Positions 14,650-29,399 of a stretch of 64,000 nucleotides of DNA are shown piece after piece. A model generated the notes under the pieces. That model ran no database searches. It saw nothing but the letters and a program-made list of their open reading frames with translations, and was not told where the DNA came from. Within the stretch, counting starts at the first letter, position 1; each line of letters opens with the position of its first letter. The translations under genes and the position numbers were made by a program. Source of the stretch: Nageia nagi (lineage: Eukaryota > Plantae > Pinophyta); assembly GCA_050084985.1 (NCBI GenBank), contig JBITNC010000002.1, forward strand, positions 19,902,001 through 19,966,000. Direction: 5' to 3'.

Positions 14650-15950
14650 ATAAGCTTTATCATCAAGTTATCACCAAACTTAAAATTAATCAATAATGGT
14701 CTAGGGAAATGAATTACAATATTGGAGTTAAGAAAAAATATTTTTCATCCCCAACTCTATTTGGTATTTACATAAATTAACTAGAAAAATATTTCAAGTA
14801 AACTAAATGCATAGCCACCAACCTTTGCAATATTATTATCCTATTAACTTAACATTATGATGATCTTGTAAAATAATTAAATATCCTTCAAACATTTTGT
14901 AATATATCCAAACTTAACCATTAATGTAGATAAAACTAAAATTATGGTCATTAAATTTAAAAATATGCTTCACCCTACAATCCTCTTTAATAATCAATCC
15001 TTAGAGGTGATTCACTCTTACAAATACTTAAGTATCAATATTAATCACAAACTAAATTGGAATGTAAGTGTTGAAAAGAGAATATTTGTTATATGGAAAG
15101 CTTTTTATGGTTTGGAAAATAATGGTAAAAACTATAGGACTTTGAAATTGGGACAAAAAGAGAACTCTTTTCTCTTACCTCATAATTCCAATAATACTCT
15201 ATGGTTGTGAAGTTTGGGGTGGATGTATTTCTCAACAAACTTAGAGTAAAATTAAATAAAATTGAAAATAAGTCATTATTTATAACTTCAAAATTAAAAA
15301 TAACACAACATGCCCTATTCTTCTCATGGAATATAGTCTACTCTATTGAAAGTGAAGCTCTAAGATAATATGCATTATACAATTATACACTAACAAAGTT
15401 ATATCATCATAGGTTGCTTGTAACAATCCAACAAACTTTCCTAGGCCATCAATATATCAAAAGAGGCTAGCTAAAAGACTCTAATAAGTGGCTTGAGTTT
15501 TAGGGCATATATAATAACATAACCCTTTAGACAAAAATAAATTAAAATTGAAAATTACAAATAAAGTAATTCAAAAAATTTGGAGTGATGAAAATATCAA
15601 AAAAAACTAGCCTATTATAAAGCATCATTAATTCTAAACTTGAACAACCACCCTACCCACATAATAATAATCAATCTCAAAAAGAATATTGTGATTATAA
15701 AATTAAGAACTAATTCACATGAACTACAAAGTAAAATAGGTAGATAGACAATACCTAGAACATCATGGGATAAAAGAATTTGGGAGCTTTGTAACATAAA
15801 TGCAATAGAAGATGAGATTCATTTTCTCCTTATATATCCATGTTACAAATACATTACACAAATCTATAAGGATATTTGTAATTACAATTTGACTCATGAA
15901 TTCTTGAACCAAGATAGCCAAAATAAGCTTGGCAATTTTATTATGCATCT
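14650..15950 (+). mobile_element. Highly decayed non-LTR retrotransposon RT 3' fragment
   Basis: GVK...SPTLFGIYI; NVDKTKIMV; SYKYLSININHKLNW; LYGCEVWG. Confidence 0.7.
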
Positions 15951-16069
15951 TAAATATGTTAGAAATAATCATTTAAATAGATAAATAATATATATTTGTG
16001 TAGATAATGGAAAACGAATTATAATAAATAATAAACCAAATTCAATCATCCAAAAAATGAAATGATAAA

Positions 16070-19000
16070 TGTAAAGATCCAAATGCAATATCAGGTGCAA
16101 ATTAGCAAATTCAACTCAAAAAAACCCTAACATCTAGCCTAGGGAATCCACACAATGCATTCACAACTCAAATATGCTAATGTCTGGCCAAGATCAGCCC
16201 ACAAAACTTATTACAGTGCACAAATATAATGTTTTACATACAACAATTATTATAGCGCACAAAGCTAACATTTTACAAATACAAGCATGCTTGTACAAAA
16301 GTAACCCAACATTGAAATTATGAAAGCATACACATCATAAATAAGATAAATACTGAGATCCAATATGCCCTATGGCTATATGTAAGATAAATGATGAATA
16401 AAAATACAATACCAAGCTCCTAGAGCTAGACGTTGGCCTCCTAGGAGCCAAATAGGGAACAATAATACTCCTTAAGATGGACAAATGGATGGGATAATCT
16501 TACTCCCTCAGAACCCAAATCCTCTCCACTGAAGGAGCCCTCCTCTGATCTTGGAAACCATCAAAGGTAGAAATGCAACCTTGGAATACCACCAAATGGG
16601 TAAGTCATAAACTAAGAGGATCCCTCAACCTGATAGGCCTTCAAAATGTTGCACCTAGGGTTTGCTTAGCATTGTGCTAAGACTCTTATCCATAAGACAG
16701 TATCAAAGATAAAAATAATCAAGTATATCTAGCTATGAGACTCCAATATCTTTTTATAACACTCAACTGGATCTAGATCTCACCTAAGAATCATTACCCA
16801 GCTTCTTAATTACAACATTATCCTCTCGGGGGCCCAAAATGCCCAATGTGGGTGCTTAAGGATCAAGCATGCCAACATGGGGGCCTAGAGTTCCATAAAT
16901 TCCAACATGGGGATCTGGAGTGCCACACATACCCAAAGTGGGTCTAGGAGCTATGCATGGGGGCTAGGTTTCATCATGGGCCAACGTGGGGGTTTAGGAG
17001 TATCCCTAAGGCTGGAGCATGTATACAAGTACTCATCCATCCATCTAAGTGCTAAATATACCTTAGGATTCCCACAATCATGATCAGGATTTCCAAGTAC
17101 ATTAAAATATCTATTCTATTCTTAAGAGGAAGACGTCCCACTTAGGGCTCACATTGGGGTCCATTGACCCATTAAGTCTTCTATACCAAGTATTAACTTA
17201 AAGTACAATACAATAATAAATATATTACAAAAGGGACATTACAAAGCCTTCCCTCTCGAGATTGCTTGCCCTCAAGCATTTACAATACAATCTAGGGTCC
17301 CAAACCCACCTCAAAGAATAGAATCCATCATGCTCAAGTGAAGAAATCATATCAACTGTGCATTCAACCAATTCAACTTTAAGAATGTCCATAACAACCC
17401 TCAAAACTAAACTAGTATACTCAAATTGAGGTAAAGCCAACACCTTAACATTCATGTAAAAATCTATTATGCAAGAAATCATCAATTTGTGAGGGCATGC
17501 AACCTTACTCATGTGCTTAAGGTCATCAAACAAGTCTAAAAAACTAGCAATCCCCCTTGTCCCAATGTTATCCATAAGTGTAAACTTGGGGTGGCAATTC
17601 CCCCAACCATTGCTGATTTTTCCTCATGCAACATAGTCTTTAAATCATGGAATGTGGAGTAAGAATGTGGTCTAATAAACATAAAATCAACAATAAACAT
17701 TTCCCTACAAAAATCAGTGTGTGATACTTAGGTCTAAAATCAACATGCAATGGCTCAAAATCAATCCTTAATGTACCCCATGCATCATTCGAACACATGA
17801 TAACAACTTCTACAATGGAAAAGGAAGTTTCCAACTTGGGTTCTTCAAAAATACCCCCAAATTGTACAAGGAAAGTCATCCATGGAATCTCCAACTATGT
17901 ACAAACAACAAGTAACAAACTGATTCTTGAGATGCCAACAATAAGCCAAGCATAGTCCCAAAATCTTATACAATGCTTAATAATCCATTCATTATAAAAT
18001 GCAACTATTAAATCAGAGTTAACAATCCTTAAACCATCATCAACGTATGCAATAATAGTACATCCACTAATAGTATCCAAGGCATCATCAATTTCAATCC
18101 CAAATTTAATAAAAAATGTAGTCCTCACTATGCAATTAGCAACTAACAATGTGTTATTAGCTAGAGATGTCATGATGCTAGCAATAATCCTAGCAAAAGC
18201 ATTCTCTTCTTCATAATGAACATAAGCATTCCATTATCAAATGCATCCCTTAGTGCATGGATGGTAGCCTCCCAATCATTCCCTGAAAACAACATAATAA
18301 CCCTCTTGTAGACACCTAAAAATTATCCATCCATCTAGCTTAGGAAATTCATGATGATTTTTCCTATCCTACAACTTATCATGATCCTATCAGCCCTTAA
18401 TCCTATCTTGAACCCATTTGTAGGATCAATTTTGGTAACTTATCCTTTTGTTACCATTGTGTCACTTTGAACCCTAACCAGCCCATCGATTAGGGGACTG
18501 TCTTACTGGTTAGGATAAACCCTAACCAACCCATCGACTATTGTTGTATAAAAGTCAATTCAAAATTAGCTTTTCCCACCTCTCACTCACTTTTCACAAT
18601 GGGAAATATATGACTTTCTTTCATCCTATGCACTCCAAACTATCTAGTCGAGATTTTAGCCTCAAACCTTCCATTTGGAGTTTCACCCATCACTTTCAAA
18701 GGTAACAAAAAGAGGATTTTTGTCCTCATCTTGCAAAAAACCTTGAGTAACTCATGTGGCTTTGGTTTTTGTGTTACATATCATTGTTTTGAGTGTTTTT
18801 ACGAGTTTTGAGAGGAAATTCAAGAACTCACATCATATATCCTTTTTGGGTTATCATTGTTATTTTGGTGCATGGTTGCATATTAGTGTTACCTAGGCTA
18901 GTCTCTTGTACACTTAGGCTAGAATAGGTTAGTTTAGTTGTTATTTTTAGTTAATATATTTTTAATATTATGTTATCTTGCATTTTAGGTATTATTCTAT

Positions 19001-22000
19001 TTTCTAATGCCTTATTGATTCAAGGTTTGGAGGCTTACAAGCTATCTAGCTACATTTGCATGGTTATAGGGTCTTAAGGACCTAGAACCTAGAAGCCTCC
19101 TCTTGTCTCTTGTTTTGCAGGTTATTTAGAGTCTTGAGTATTTCATAAAAAAAAAAAAAAGGAAAAACTCTAAACCCTACATCCATTTCATTTTATTATC
19201 ATCATCTAATCATGTTGCAAGTAGTATTTTAGATATTGCAGCATGGTGTCATATGCCAAGGATCCAAGAGGTTCCAAAGATCACTAATTCCTTCATCATA
19301 GGATGAAATTGTTCTTCCTTTCTCATCCAATATTTTAGATATTGCAACATGGGCCTTTTGTAGAGGGGAGAGACCCCAAGTGTGGGGTCTCCATAGATCC
19401 ATGCACCCTACTTTTGGAAGCCTACACCTCTTATCATCAATAGTCAGGACATGTGATGCATGAATAACAATCATCCAATTATTACCAAAATATACAACCA
19501 CTATATACCTACCATTAGTAGTCCCTAATGGGTGGAAAACAACCCTTAAATTTGCCTCTAATACTACACTAACAACAATCCTAAACTTCTTCTAAGGATC
19601 CAACAACTATGCAATCTCAAAAGCTATCCTTATTGTTGCTTTCATGATGTCAAGTGCCCATAATTTTGTAATTTTCATTTTGAATAGAAGTGTAGTCCCT
19701 AATAGTGTTTAAGTATTTTGATTATGGTGCAAAATGGTCCCAATACACTCATCGATAGTCAATCCTCTCAAGATCAAAAGGACCCACTCTACACCTGCCT
19801 TGCTAAAGCCATATTTCATCAACCTACTAATGTTATGATCCCAAATAAAATTAGATACTATTACATACCTATTTCCAACATCCTCATAGGCACTCATACT
19901 CTCTTCATCACCTAGGTGTTGCTCCAAAAGTAAAACAAACTGTGTTGAGGCATAATTCAACTATTTTGGATATATCCATTCTTTCACCAAGTATCCCCAA
20001 GCAAGACATCCTTCTCCAAAGCTTGAAAGTACTTGATTTGGATGTGTAATTCTCTCCTCTATGTCCTCCATACCTTCATCCTTCTTGATGTTTTGGATGC
20101 AATTAAGTGGGTCATGATAAAATATGATGTTCTTTGCATGTTCAGATCCTTCAAGTGAAGCTATGGATTCCTGCAAACACACAAACAACCAAAGTGACCT
20201 AAAAACAAGTGAGGCCATTGCCCCATGTCATATGCCAAGGATCCAAGTGGTTCCAAAGATCATCAAGTCCTTCATCATATGATGAAATTATTCTTCCTTT
20301 CTCCTCTAAGGCTAATTTGAAAACATTTATGATTTCATTTTCATTTCCCATGATCACCTCCAATCTTCTTAATCTCCCATTTTGTGCTAACACACCCTGA
20401 TCCCATGGAGCTAGAATACTACTACAATTCACATAAAGAATTGATTATTTCTGCACATCATACTTTGCATGAAACTAGTATGTGCATACTTATAGGCTAA
20501 TTGAAAAGTCTCAACATTCACATCTACATCAAGCTCCTTGTTCTTCACTACATACTCAATAAATGGGGGTGATTGCATTCTGAAGTAAACATCTTGTAGT
20601 TCTACTTGACATACCTCATATAATGATAAAATAATTTCTTATTTTCCTCCATCATTTTTGCATACCTCAATTTGTAATGGAACTAAATTGCTTATTGTAA
20701 TGCTCCTTCTTTGTAGCACTTATCTTCTTCCATGCTAGGCTTACGCTCTTCTACTTTCTCGTTACTATCTCTCAAAACTAAATCTGAAACAACAATAGCT
20801 CTTTCCTCTTTCTTCCCAATACTATTACTTTCAACAACACCATGCAAAATTTTTGAATTATAGTCATAAAAATCAAAATTACTTTCATACCTTTATGGAG
20901 TGTCAACATGGTTGATCCAAGATTCTTCCTTTGCTAATTCTCTTTGATGCTCAACGTGGGGTGGTAAGCCCCTTCTTGGTTCAATGTTGGGTGCCAAGAC
21001 TTTTATATGTCCAACATGGGGTACCAGACTTCCTCTATGCCCAACATGTGATGCTAAGACTCCTCCTTGTCTATCCTCACCATCGAATCTAGGAATATTA
21101 TCAATTCCTCTTTATTCCTTCGAAATTTTTCCTTGGTGTTTTTGTGGCCATGGTAGAGATGAACATGATGGTGGAGAATGTTGAATTCTTATTTTGACAT
21201 GAAAAGTGTCTCGAGCTCTAAAATCTTCTCTGGATCGATATCATTTTCTCCACACTCTCTCCTACAGGTAGATCGAAGTGATCTACGGCTGGTGTAACCC
21301 CCAACATCTCTTCTTAGGGAGTTTCTTTGGAGAAATGCATCTAAATCCTCAGTACATCATTGCATCTATGTGGTCAATGATCTATAGGGATGTATGAGCA
21401 AATCATACTTCTCTATTTCTTTCCATGGTGCTATAGTCTTCAAAACCCTAACTCACAAATCTAAAAATGGCCTTCAAATTTGCAGATATATCCTCCAAAC
21501 CCTAGACTACTTAGTTTATGAATTTAGACTTTTTCATTTATTTTGACCCCAAAATTGGCCTTTTAAGTGCAGTACCTCCCGATCTACTAGTTCAATTTAT
21601 TTCTATTTAGATCTTAACCTCATAGGTTGGCCATATCCAATATCTGATACCACTATAAATATTCAAATGCAATCTCAAGTGAAAATTAGCAAATTCAACT
21701 TAACAAACCCTAATATCTGGCCTAGGACATCCACACAATGCATTCACAACTCAAATATGCTAAGATCTAGCCAAGATCAGCCCACAACAATTATTACAGT
21801 GCATAAAGCCAACATTTTACATATACAAGTATGCATGTACAAAAGTAACCCAACATTGCAATTATGGAAGCATACACATCATAAATAAGATAAATATTGA
21901 GATCCAATATGCCATATGGTTGTATGTAAGATAAATGATGAATATCAATACGATACCAACCTCTCAGAGCTAGACGTTGGCCTCCTAGGAGCCAACTAGG

Positions 22001-22805
22001 CCACAACAATACTCCTCATGTTGGATAGACGAATGGGATAGTCTTGCTCCCTCAAAACCTGAGTCCTCTCCACTGAAGGAGCCCTCCTTTGATCTTGTAA
22101 ACCATTGAAGGTAGAAGGGTAACCTCGAAATACTACCAAATGGGAAAGGGTGCTACACCAATGTCATAGACTAATAGGATCCCTCATTTTGATAGCCCTC
22201 CTATATGTTGCACCTAGGGGTTTGCTTAGTGTTGCACTAAGACTCTTGTCCATAGGATGGTATCAAAGATAATAATAATCAAGTATATCTAGCTATGAGG
22301 CTCCAGTGTCTTTTTATATGTTCACTCAACTGGATCTGGATATCACCTAGGAATCATTACCTAGCTTCTTAATTCCAATGTTAGCCTCTTCAAGGCCCAA
22401 AATGCCCAATGTGGGTGCCTAAGGGTCAAGCATGTCAATGTGGGGGCCTGGAGTGTCATAAATGCCAATGTAGGGATCTAGAGTGCCACACATGCCCAAC
22501 GTGGGTCTAGGAGCCATGCATGGGGCTAGGTGTCATCATGGGCGAACGTGGGGGTCTAGGAGTCTCCCTAAGACTGGCACATGTATACAAGTGCTCATCC
22601 ATCCATCTAAGTGCTAAATAGACCTTTGGATTCCCACAATCATGATCGAGATCTCCAAGTACATTAAAACACTTATTCTATGCTTGGGAGGAATATGTCC
22701 TACTTGGGACCCACATTGGGGTCCATTGATCCATTAAGTCTTCTATCCCAAGTATTAACTTAAAGTAAAATGCAATAATAAATATATTACAAAAGGGATA
22801 TTGCA
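16070..22805 (-). mobile_element. LTR retroelement with two ~1.15 kb LTRs (16070-17243, 21654-22805) and no recognisable pol
   Basis: Long diverged direct repeats, TG/TA...CA; tRNA-iMet PBS (plus strand ctgatacca, ~21644-21652); PPT gagagggaaggctt at 17244-17257; no TSD visible. Confidence 0.88.
18307..19181 (+). repeat. Probable LTR fragment nested in the 16070-22805 element
   Basis: Starts tgtagacacctaaaa, contains a TATA-like tataaaag, ends ...aaaccctaca; composition differs from the flanks; no TSD. Confidence 0.4.
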
Positions 22806-25800
22806 AAATTGTAATTTATACTAATTACATGAAATGACAAATAAATAAGGGCACAACACCATTCAATATTCAACAAGTATAAACAAAAATGGAGTAAGTA
22901 CAACTATTTGATGTCAATCCTCAACTAATATATCTTCAATAACACATGGATTGGATCAGATCTTCCATGACTACAATGTACATCATTATTTTTGCAAAAT
23001 ACAATACCAATATCATTATTTTATTTAGTAAATTAAGTGAAGCACATAAAATGAAATATAATAGATAGCATGAGAGTCTAATAGATCCAAGTATGATAAG
23101 AGTGGCAATCGGAATGTTAGTCAAACATTCTATGATTGTAGGATAACATTGATTATCTAAAAAAAGTTATAGATAAAACTCATGATTAATACATATTAGC
23201 CTAGATTCATGTATGATTAGTATGTTTATCCTTATATTTTTTATATTTTTCCAAAGAAATAAATATACACCATAAATATATCAATGATATATCATAAATA
23301 TGATTTTAAATGAATTAAAAATCAAATTTAGGTGTTTATATATGCCCATGTTTGAATATGTGATGGTGGGAACTAGAATCATATAATCCAAAGAAGAACG
23401 AAACAACTTATATGATTGAAATTAAAAATATATTTCCATGAATGATGGATGGTTATAGTTTGGATCTCATTGTCATGATGTCGCCTCCTTGCTCCCTTTT
23501 TGACTTGGTTTCCACATAAATCAATGATGAAGAAATGGAACAAAGAAAAAAATAATCATCTTCTAGCTTGAAGGATTATGAAGTTGAGCTCTAGTCTCCA
23601 AGGTTGAAAACGATTTTCTTGAAAGGCATAAAGAAGCAGCTACAAGCATACATAACATCTCATATGATATATCAATGTTAGAGCAAATATGAAATCAACA
23701 TAATATGATATTCTCATTATAAATCATGATAAACTTGGGAATGAAGTCATCTATCCTAAAAGGGTCATATATGACTTATATCGATGGTGGATCTTTTAAT
23801 TCCCCAAATTGACTACAATGGGATAATCTAAGGATTTTAGCCATCTATCCAAGTAGGATCATTGATGAATTTGTCTAAAATGTAAGTGATAGAAGGATAA
23901 GAACATTTACCCAGTGAATCATTGATGTCTTATGTCTTCTTGTTTGATAGAATCCTATGATTGATATCATCATAAGATTACCATGACAGGTCTTTTGATG
24001 CCTTAAAGACCAAAATAGTAATGATCATATGAAGGATACCTCTACTCTATGGGATTAACAATCAATGCTCTACTCCACATGATTGACAAGGAACTCCTTC
24101 ATACTACTTTGATACATTTGATGGAATTTTTTATGACATTCATGATAGCATATATAAAATTTTACAAAATTGAAATGATAAATTATTTTTCTTTCATCAG
24201 ATAAATATTATAAAAGAGATACAATATACCTAATAGGCTTATAAAAAGTCTTTTGTTTATGTTGTGCTTACAACGATGTTGATTTTGTCTTAGGACACAA
24301 GAAAGACATCAATGTAGTTATTGCTTGTAAGCAAAATTGACAAATATTACATGATAAAATTGTTAACATTCATATTTGTTTTTGTTTTCTATTGACTATT
24401 TTAATGATAGATATATGCTCATGTTGAAGAGTGTTTTTGTCTAGTAAATTTAAACTTGTTAGTATTTGATATGTGAAGCAATGTTATTGTTGTTTTTAGC
24501 AATCTTGTTTTGAAAAATTGATAATATTTTTTATATCGAATTAGATAAAAGGCATAACTTTTCATTGGTTTACTTGCAAATATTGAGTTTTTGAATATTT
24601 TATAAAATAAAGATTAATATATTGAAAAAGTTTATAAAAGTGTAATTTGACTTTTCATTATTTAAATGGCATGTGATTCATTGAAAAAGAGCATATACTT
24701 ACCTACTAGTTAAGCTCATTAAAGGATATCTATGAATTAATTTTCATTTGTACATGCATTTTCATTGTAGGTTTGCAAAGACACATCATTTGATCCGTGT
24801 GGAATGTCCATTGATGAAGAAGGTTATTCATAAGGAAAAAAGGATCCATGTTTCACCTTCTAGACACATGGTTAGTAACAATTGTCACCTATGCCTTTAA
24901 TTTTATAAAGACATGAAAATTAGTAAATTCATTTTGAAATTAGCGATTTTTTTAACATTTTATTTTTTGTTTTGTTTGTTTTAGAAAAAATATAGAGAAT
25001 GTAATTTGATCAAATAAATAAATAAGATTTATTTTAGCAACAAAAAATGAAATTTAAAAACATTCTTCGTAAAATTAAGAATGACATAGGTGTTGTTGGC
25101 TACGACAACACCAGTGTTGGTTTTGTTTCAGTTAAAATGTAAAGTAAACTTCAAATGAAGATGCTTTACTCATAGTTAATACATACTTGATCTTTTATGG
25201 TCATAGTTGCATAGATAATAAGTGTTAGTTTTGAAATAGAATAAGATTTAAATTTGAGAATGTGTCCTTGATATATCTTATTTAATTGTTGATGTAAGAT
25301 CATACATTTTGTATGTGAGGTACTCCTATTAGGATCATTCTAGAATTGACTCGACAATGGCATATTTCTGCTAATGATGACGGGATCATGGTTAAGATTT
25401 CATTGAGCCACATGTTAAATGTTGGATCCTATCTGTAACAACTTCCACCTACCTATTAGAGGCATGTAATGACATTGGAGTATGTCTATTGGATTATGTG
25501 AATGTCTATTAGGGGAAAGTTAGTTATGACTCAATGAGTTAGCATGTTGGAGAAGGGGGAGGCCCTTTCCGATGGTTGATTGGATCAAACAAATATCACC
25601 CCCAATAAGAGGGTGTGTTTTATCCACTCTACATGCATCCATATGCCAATGGCCTTTCAACACATTAGGTTAGAGATGGAATCTTTCAGATAAGGTGGAG
25701 AAACTTCCCTGTTGAGTTCATATCATTCAAGATATGATCAATCACTCTTCTTTGTATGCATGGTCATCGACCATATTGGAGTAGTTGTATTGTGTTCAAC

Positions 25801-26074
25801 ACAAGTTTGTAACGTTGGACCACAAGGGTCGCACCATCTCCCATACCTCCCTGGTATAAATATGGGCATATAAGCATATACTCATAATCATTCAACAGGT
25901 CTATTGCATGCATGTGATGATCTTAGGACCCCAATGTGGTATAGTTAAGACAATAAGATGTGAGGGATCCATTCTTGATATGACGTTAAGGAGAAGTGAC
26001 AGTTGATCAACAACATATTAGATGCCAACATCATTTGGTAACCATATTGGTACATGATTGGATGGGGAGAGGAT

Positions 26075-29000
26075 TGAAGTTATTTAATATAAACAAATAA
26101 CTAAATTACTCAAGCAATTCATAACTTAAAATAGTTCTGCAACTAAAAGTTAGAATGCATTCAACAATGGATGCTCACAATTTCACACAACACCATTAAC
26201 TTGCATTAAATTATTGATAACACACTCCAAAACTTACAAATCCTTGAAACAATGCTTAAATACATTCTACAAATCAGGGGCGACCTAGACTGTTCACTTC
26301 ACATTCTCTAATAAGCTTGTTATGAAGAAGCAAAAAACAAAGTGCAACTAGAGTTTGCATTTCTTGACTTAAACTCCTTGTAATTCTCCTCATAGTTTTA
26401 CCATTTATGATTTGACTTTGTGGGTATCCTTCAACCACATCTTGCCTTTGTTACCTTGGTTCATCATTCTTGCATTGGGTGAGCTTGGTGTACTCACACT
26501 TGTTGGTGTTGTAGTGGAGCTAGAGGATCTTGGTGAGCTTGGAACACTCACACTTGATGGTTGTCCTTTATTTTTCTGAGTCACAACATGGTTGGGTTAC
26601 TCCTTTGTTTATGTTTTCTCCTCCAAACTCTCATCTTCAAACACTTTCTAGGGTAATTTTTTATTACTATATTCTCCCCCTTCATCAAAAATAGCATTTG
26701 TAAACACAATTATCTTGTGAGTATTGGGATTATAGAATTTATAAGCCTTTGAATGCTCATAATATCCTATAAACACACAAGCTTCAGATTTGGCATCCAA
26801 CTTCGTCCTTTTTTCATCATTTACATGCACATATGCAAGACAACCAAACACTCTCAAATGTTCCAAATTTGGTTTTCTTTCAAACTAGGCTTCATAAGGG
26901 GTACTTTTGTCTAAGCTTCTTGTAGGATACCTATTCAAAATGTACACAATTGTTCTTAGTTCTTCAGCCCAATAAATATTGGACAATTTTTTTGCTTTGC
27001 ATCATGCTTCTAGCCATCTCAACCAATGTCATATTTTTCCTTTCTACTACACCATTTTTTTGTGTTGTGTAGAGAGAGGTAAAGTGTCTCATAATGCCAT
27101 TTCCTTCACAAAATTGAAAGAATTCATTGCTACAGTACTCTCCTCCTCTATCACTTCTCAAACACTTCACTATACCCAATTTGCTTCTCAACAAAAGTTT
27201 TAAATTCCTTAAAATGGTCAAATGCTTCATCCTTGCTCTTGATGAAATAAGCCCAACACATTCTAATGAAATCATCAATGAAAGTGATAAAGTAAGAAGT
27301 TTTACCAAAACTTTGAGTTTGCATAGGCCTACAAATGTCAGTATGGACCAATTGGAGAGGGTGTTTGGCTCTCCATGCTTCTTCCTTTGGAAACTTGCTC
27401 CTTGCTTGCTTTCCAAGTGCACATCCTTCACACGCATCTTTACAATCTTCTACTTGTGGCAGCCCTCTCACCATTGTTGGATGTGCCTTCAAAATCTGAA
27501 AATTCAAAGTGTCTAAACCTCATATTCCAAAGTACATTTTTGTCTTCAATTCCCACAAATACAAAGCCTCCATCCTTCTTAAGAAACTTTATTGGAAAGA
27601 GTTTATATGCGATCATATGAACAATAGTAACAAGACTTCCACCATGATTTTTATCATAAATTTTACACATCGTATCTTCAAACACCAATTTGTAATTCTT
27701 TTCCAACATTTGGCCAATGCTCAACAAACTTTGTCTCAAATCTAGAGTATAATAAATGTCTTTAACCTTCATAGTTCCCTTCTTTGTTGGAACTTGCATT
27801 TCTCCTTTGCCAACCATCTCCAAGCTCTTCTTATCTCCCAATCTCACACTTGACTTGTAGGAGTAATCAATTGGGGAGAGTAGGGACTTCTCACATGTCA
27901 TGTGATTTGAACACCCCCTATCCAAGAGTCAAGTTTCATCTTCAATCTTTTGGGGGTCTGTAATTTAAAGAAACAATTATTCTTCACCATATCCATGCTC
28001 CTCTTATCCACAATGGGTTGATTTGCCTTCATGTGCTTGTTTCATCCTACATTCATACTCAAGATGATCAAATTCATTGCAATAAAAACATTGCAAATTT
28101 CTCTTATCTTTACCTCTACCTCCTCTTTCAAAGTTTCTCTCCCTTGATTCAAATGCTGGTTGATTTTTCATACTATGTTCTCTTCCTCTTTCAAAAGAGC
28201 CTCTTCTTCCTAATTTGCCTCTTCCTCTTGAACATCTACTTTGTCCTCTTCCTTGTCTTCATTCTATTTGATGGAGAATGCTTGCTCATCATTGTGGCTT
28301 GTTATCATTTTTGTTCTCTTCAAAACTCTCTCTTCATGTGATGTAAGAGAGCCAATTAAATTGTCAATTTCCATGGTTGAGAGGTCCTTTGTTTCTTCAA
28401 TAATGAGTGCAGTGATCATATCTCTCTATTAATGTTCTGAAAACCTTCTTGATGACTACCTCCTCTATCTTCTCTCCAAGAATGGCCATTTTATTAACTA
28501 TGATTTTCACTTTTACACCATAATCTCCAACAATCTTCTTCACTTCCTGTTTCAAATTCTCAAACTCCCTTATCAATGTTTAGAGTTTCACCTCTTTCAT
28601 CTTAAGGCTCCCTTGGTAGCTTTCTCTCAATGTTGCCCATGCTTCCTGGGCTGAGACATAAGCTGAGATTCTAGTAAAAATGCTCTTGTCCAAAGCTGCT
28701 TGGATGAAAGACAGCCATGGAATTTTGTTTTTCTTTCTCCTTAGCATCTGCACGCAAGGCATCCAATCAATAAGATCATTGTAGCCAGCATCTATAATGT
28801 TCTAGTGGCCTCTTCTCTTCATGAGAGTCTTCATTCAGACACTCCAATACTCATAGTCACTCCTATAAAATTTTGGAATAAGTATTGCATTTGAGTTTCT
28901 TGCCATGTCTTCTATTCTCTTCCTAGACAACTTCTTGAACCCAATCTGATCCAACGAAGCTCTGATACCAAATGAAGCTATTTAATATAAACAAATAATT

Positions 29001-29398
29001 GAATTACTCAAACAAGTCACAATTGAAAATAGGTCTGCAACTCAAAGGTAGAATGAATTCATCAATGGATGGTCACAGTTTCACACAACACCATAAAATG
29101 CATGAGATTATTGATAACACACTCCAACACTTACAAATCCTTGAAACAATACCTAAATACATTCTACAAGTTGTGGGTGACCTAGACTGTTCATTTCACA
29201 TTCTCTAATAACCAGAAAATGAGAAAAAGAAATGAAGAGATAACATCTAAAAAAAATGCAATAATCAGAACCAACCGGTGGGCCAGTTGGCTGAAGGACT
29301 AACCAATCTATAGGACACCAGTTCTCAGATAGAGCGTACAAAGGTAAAGTAGTAAGCTCAAATTTTAGGGAATTTCTATGTCTTGAGTTGTTTTAACA
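26075..29398 (-). mobile_element. Ty1/Copia element lacking RT/RH; LTR copies at 26075-26312 (partial) and 28973-~29398
   Basis: ~235 bp direct repeat; PBS tggtatcagagc at 28959-28970; gag, protease (DRGCSNHMT) and integrase (LRSDRGGEY, RTKLDAKSEACVFIGY). Confidence 0.9.
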
Positions 29399-29399
29399 T

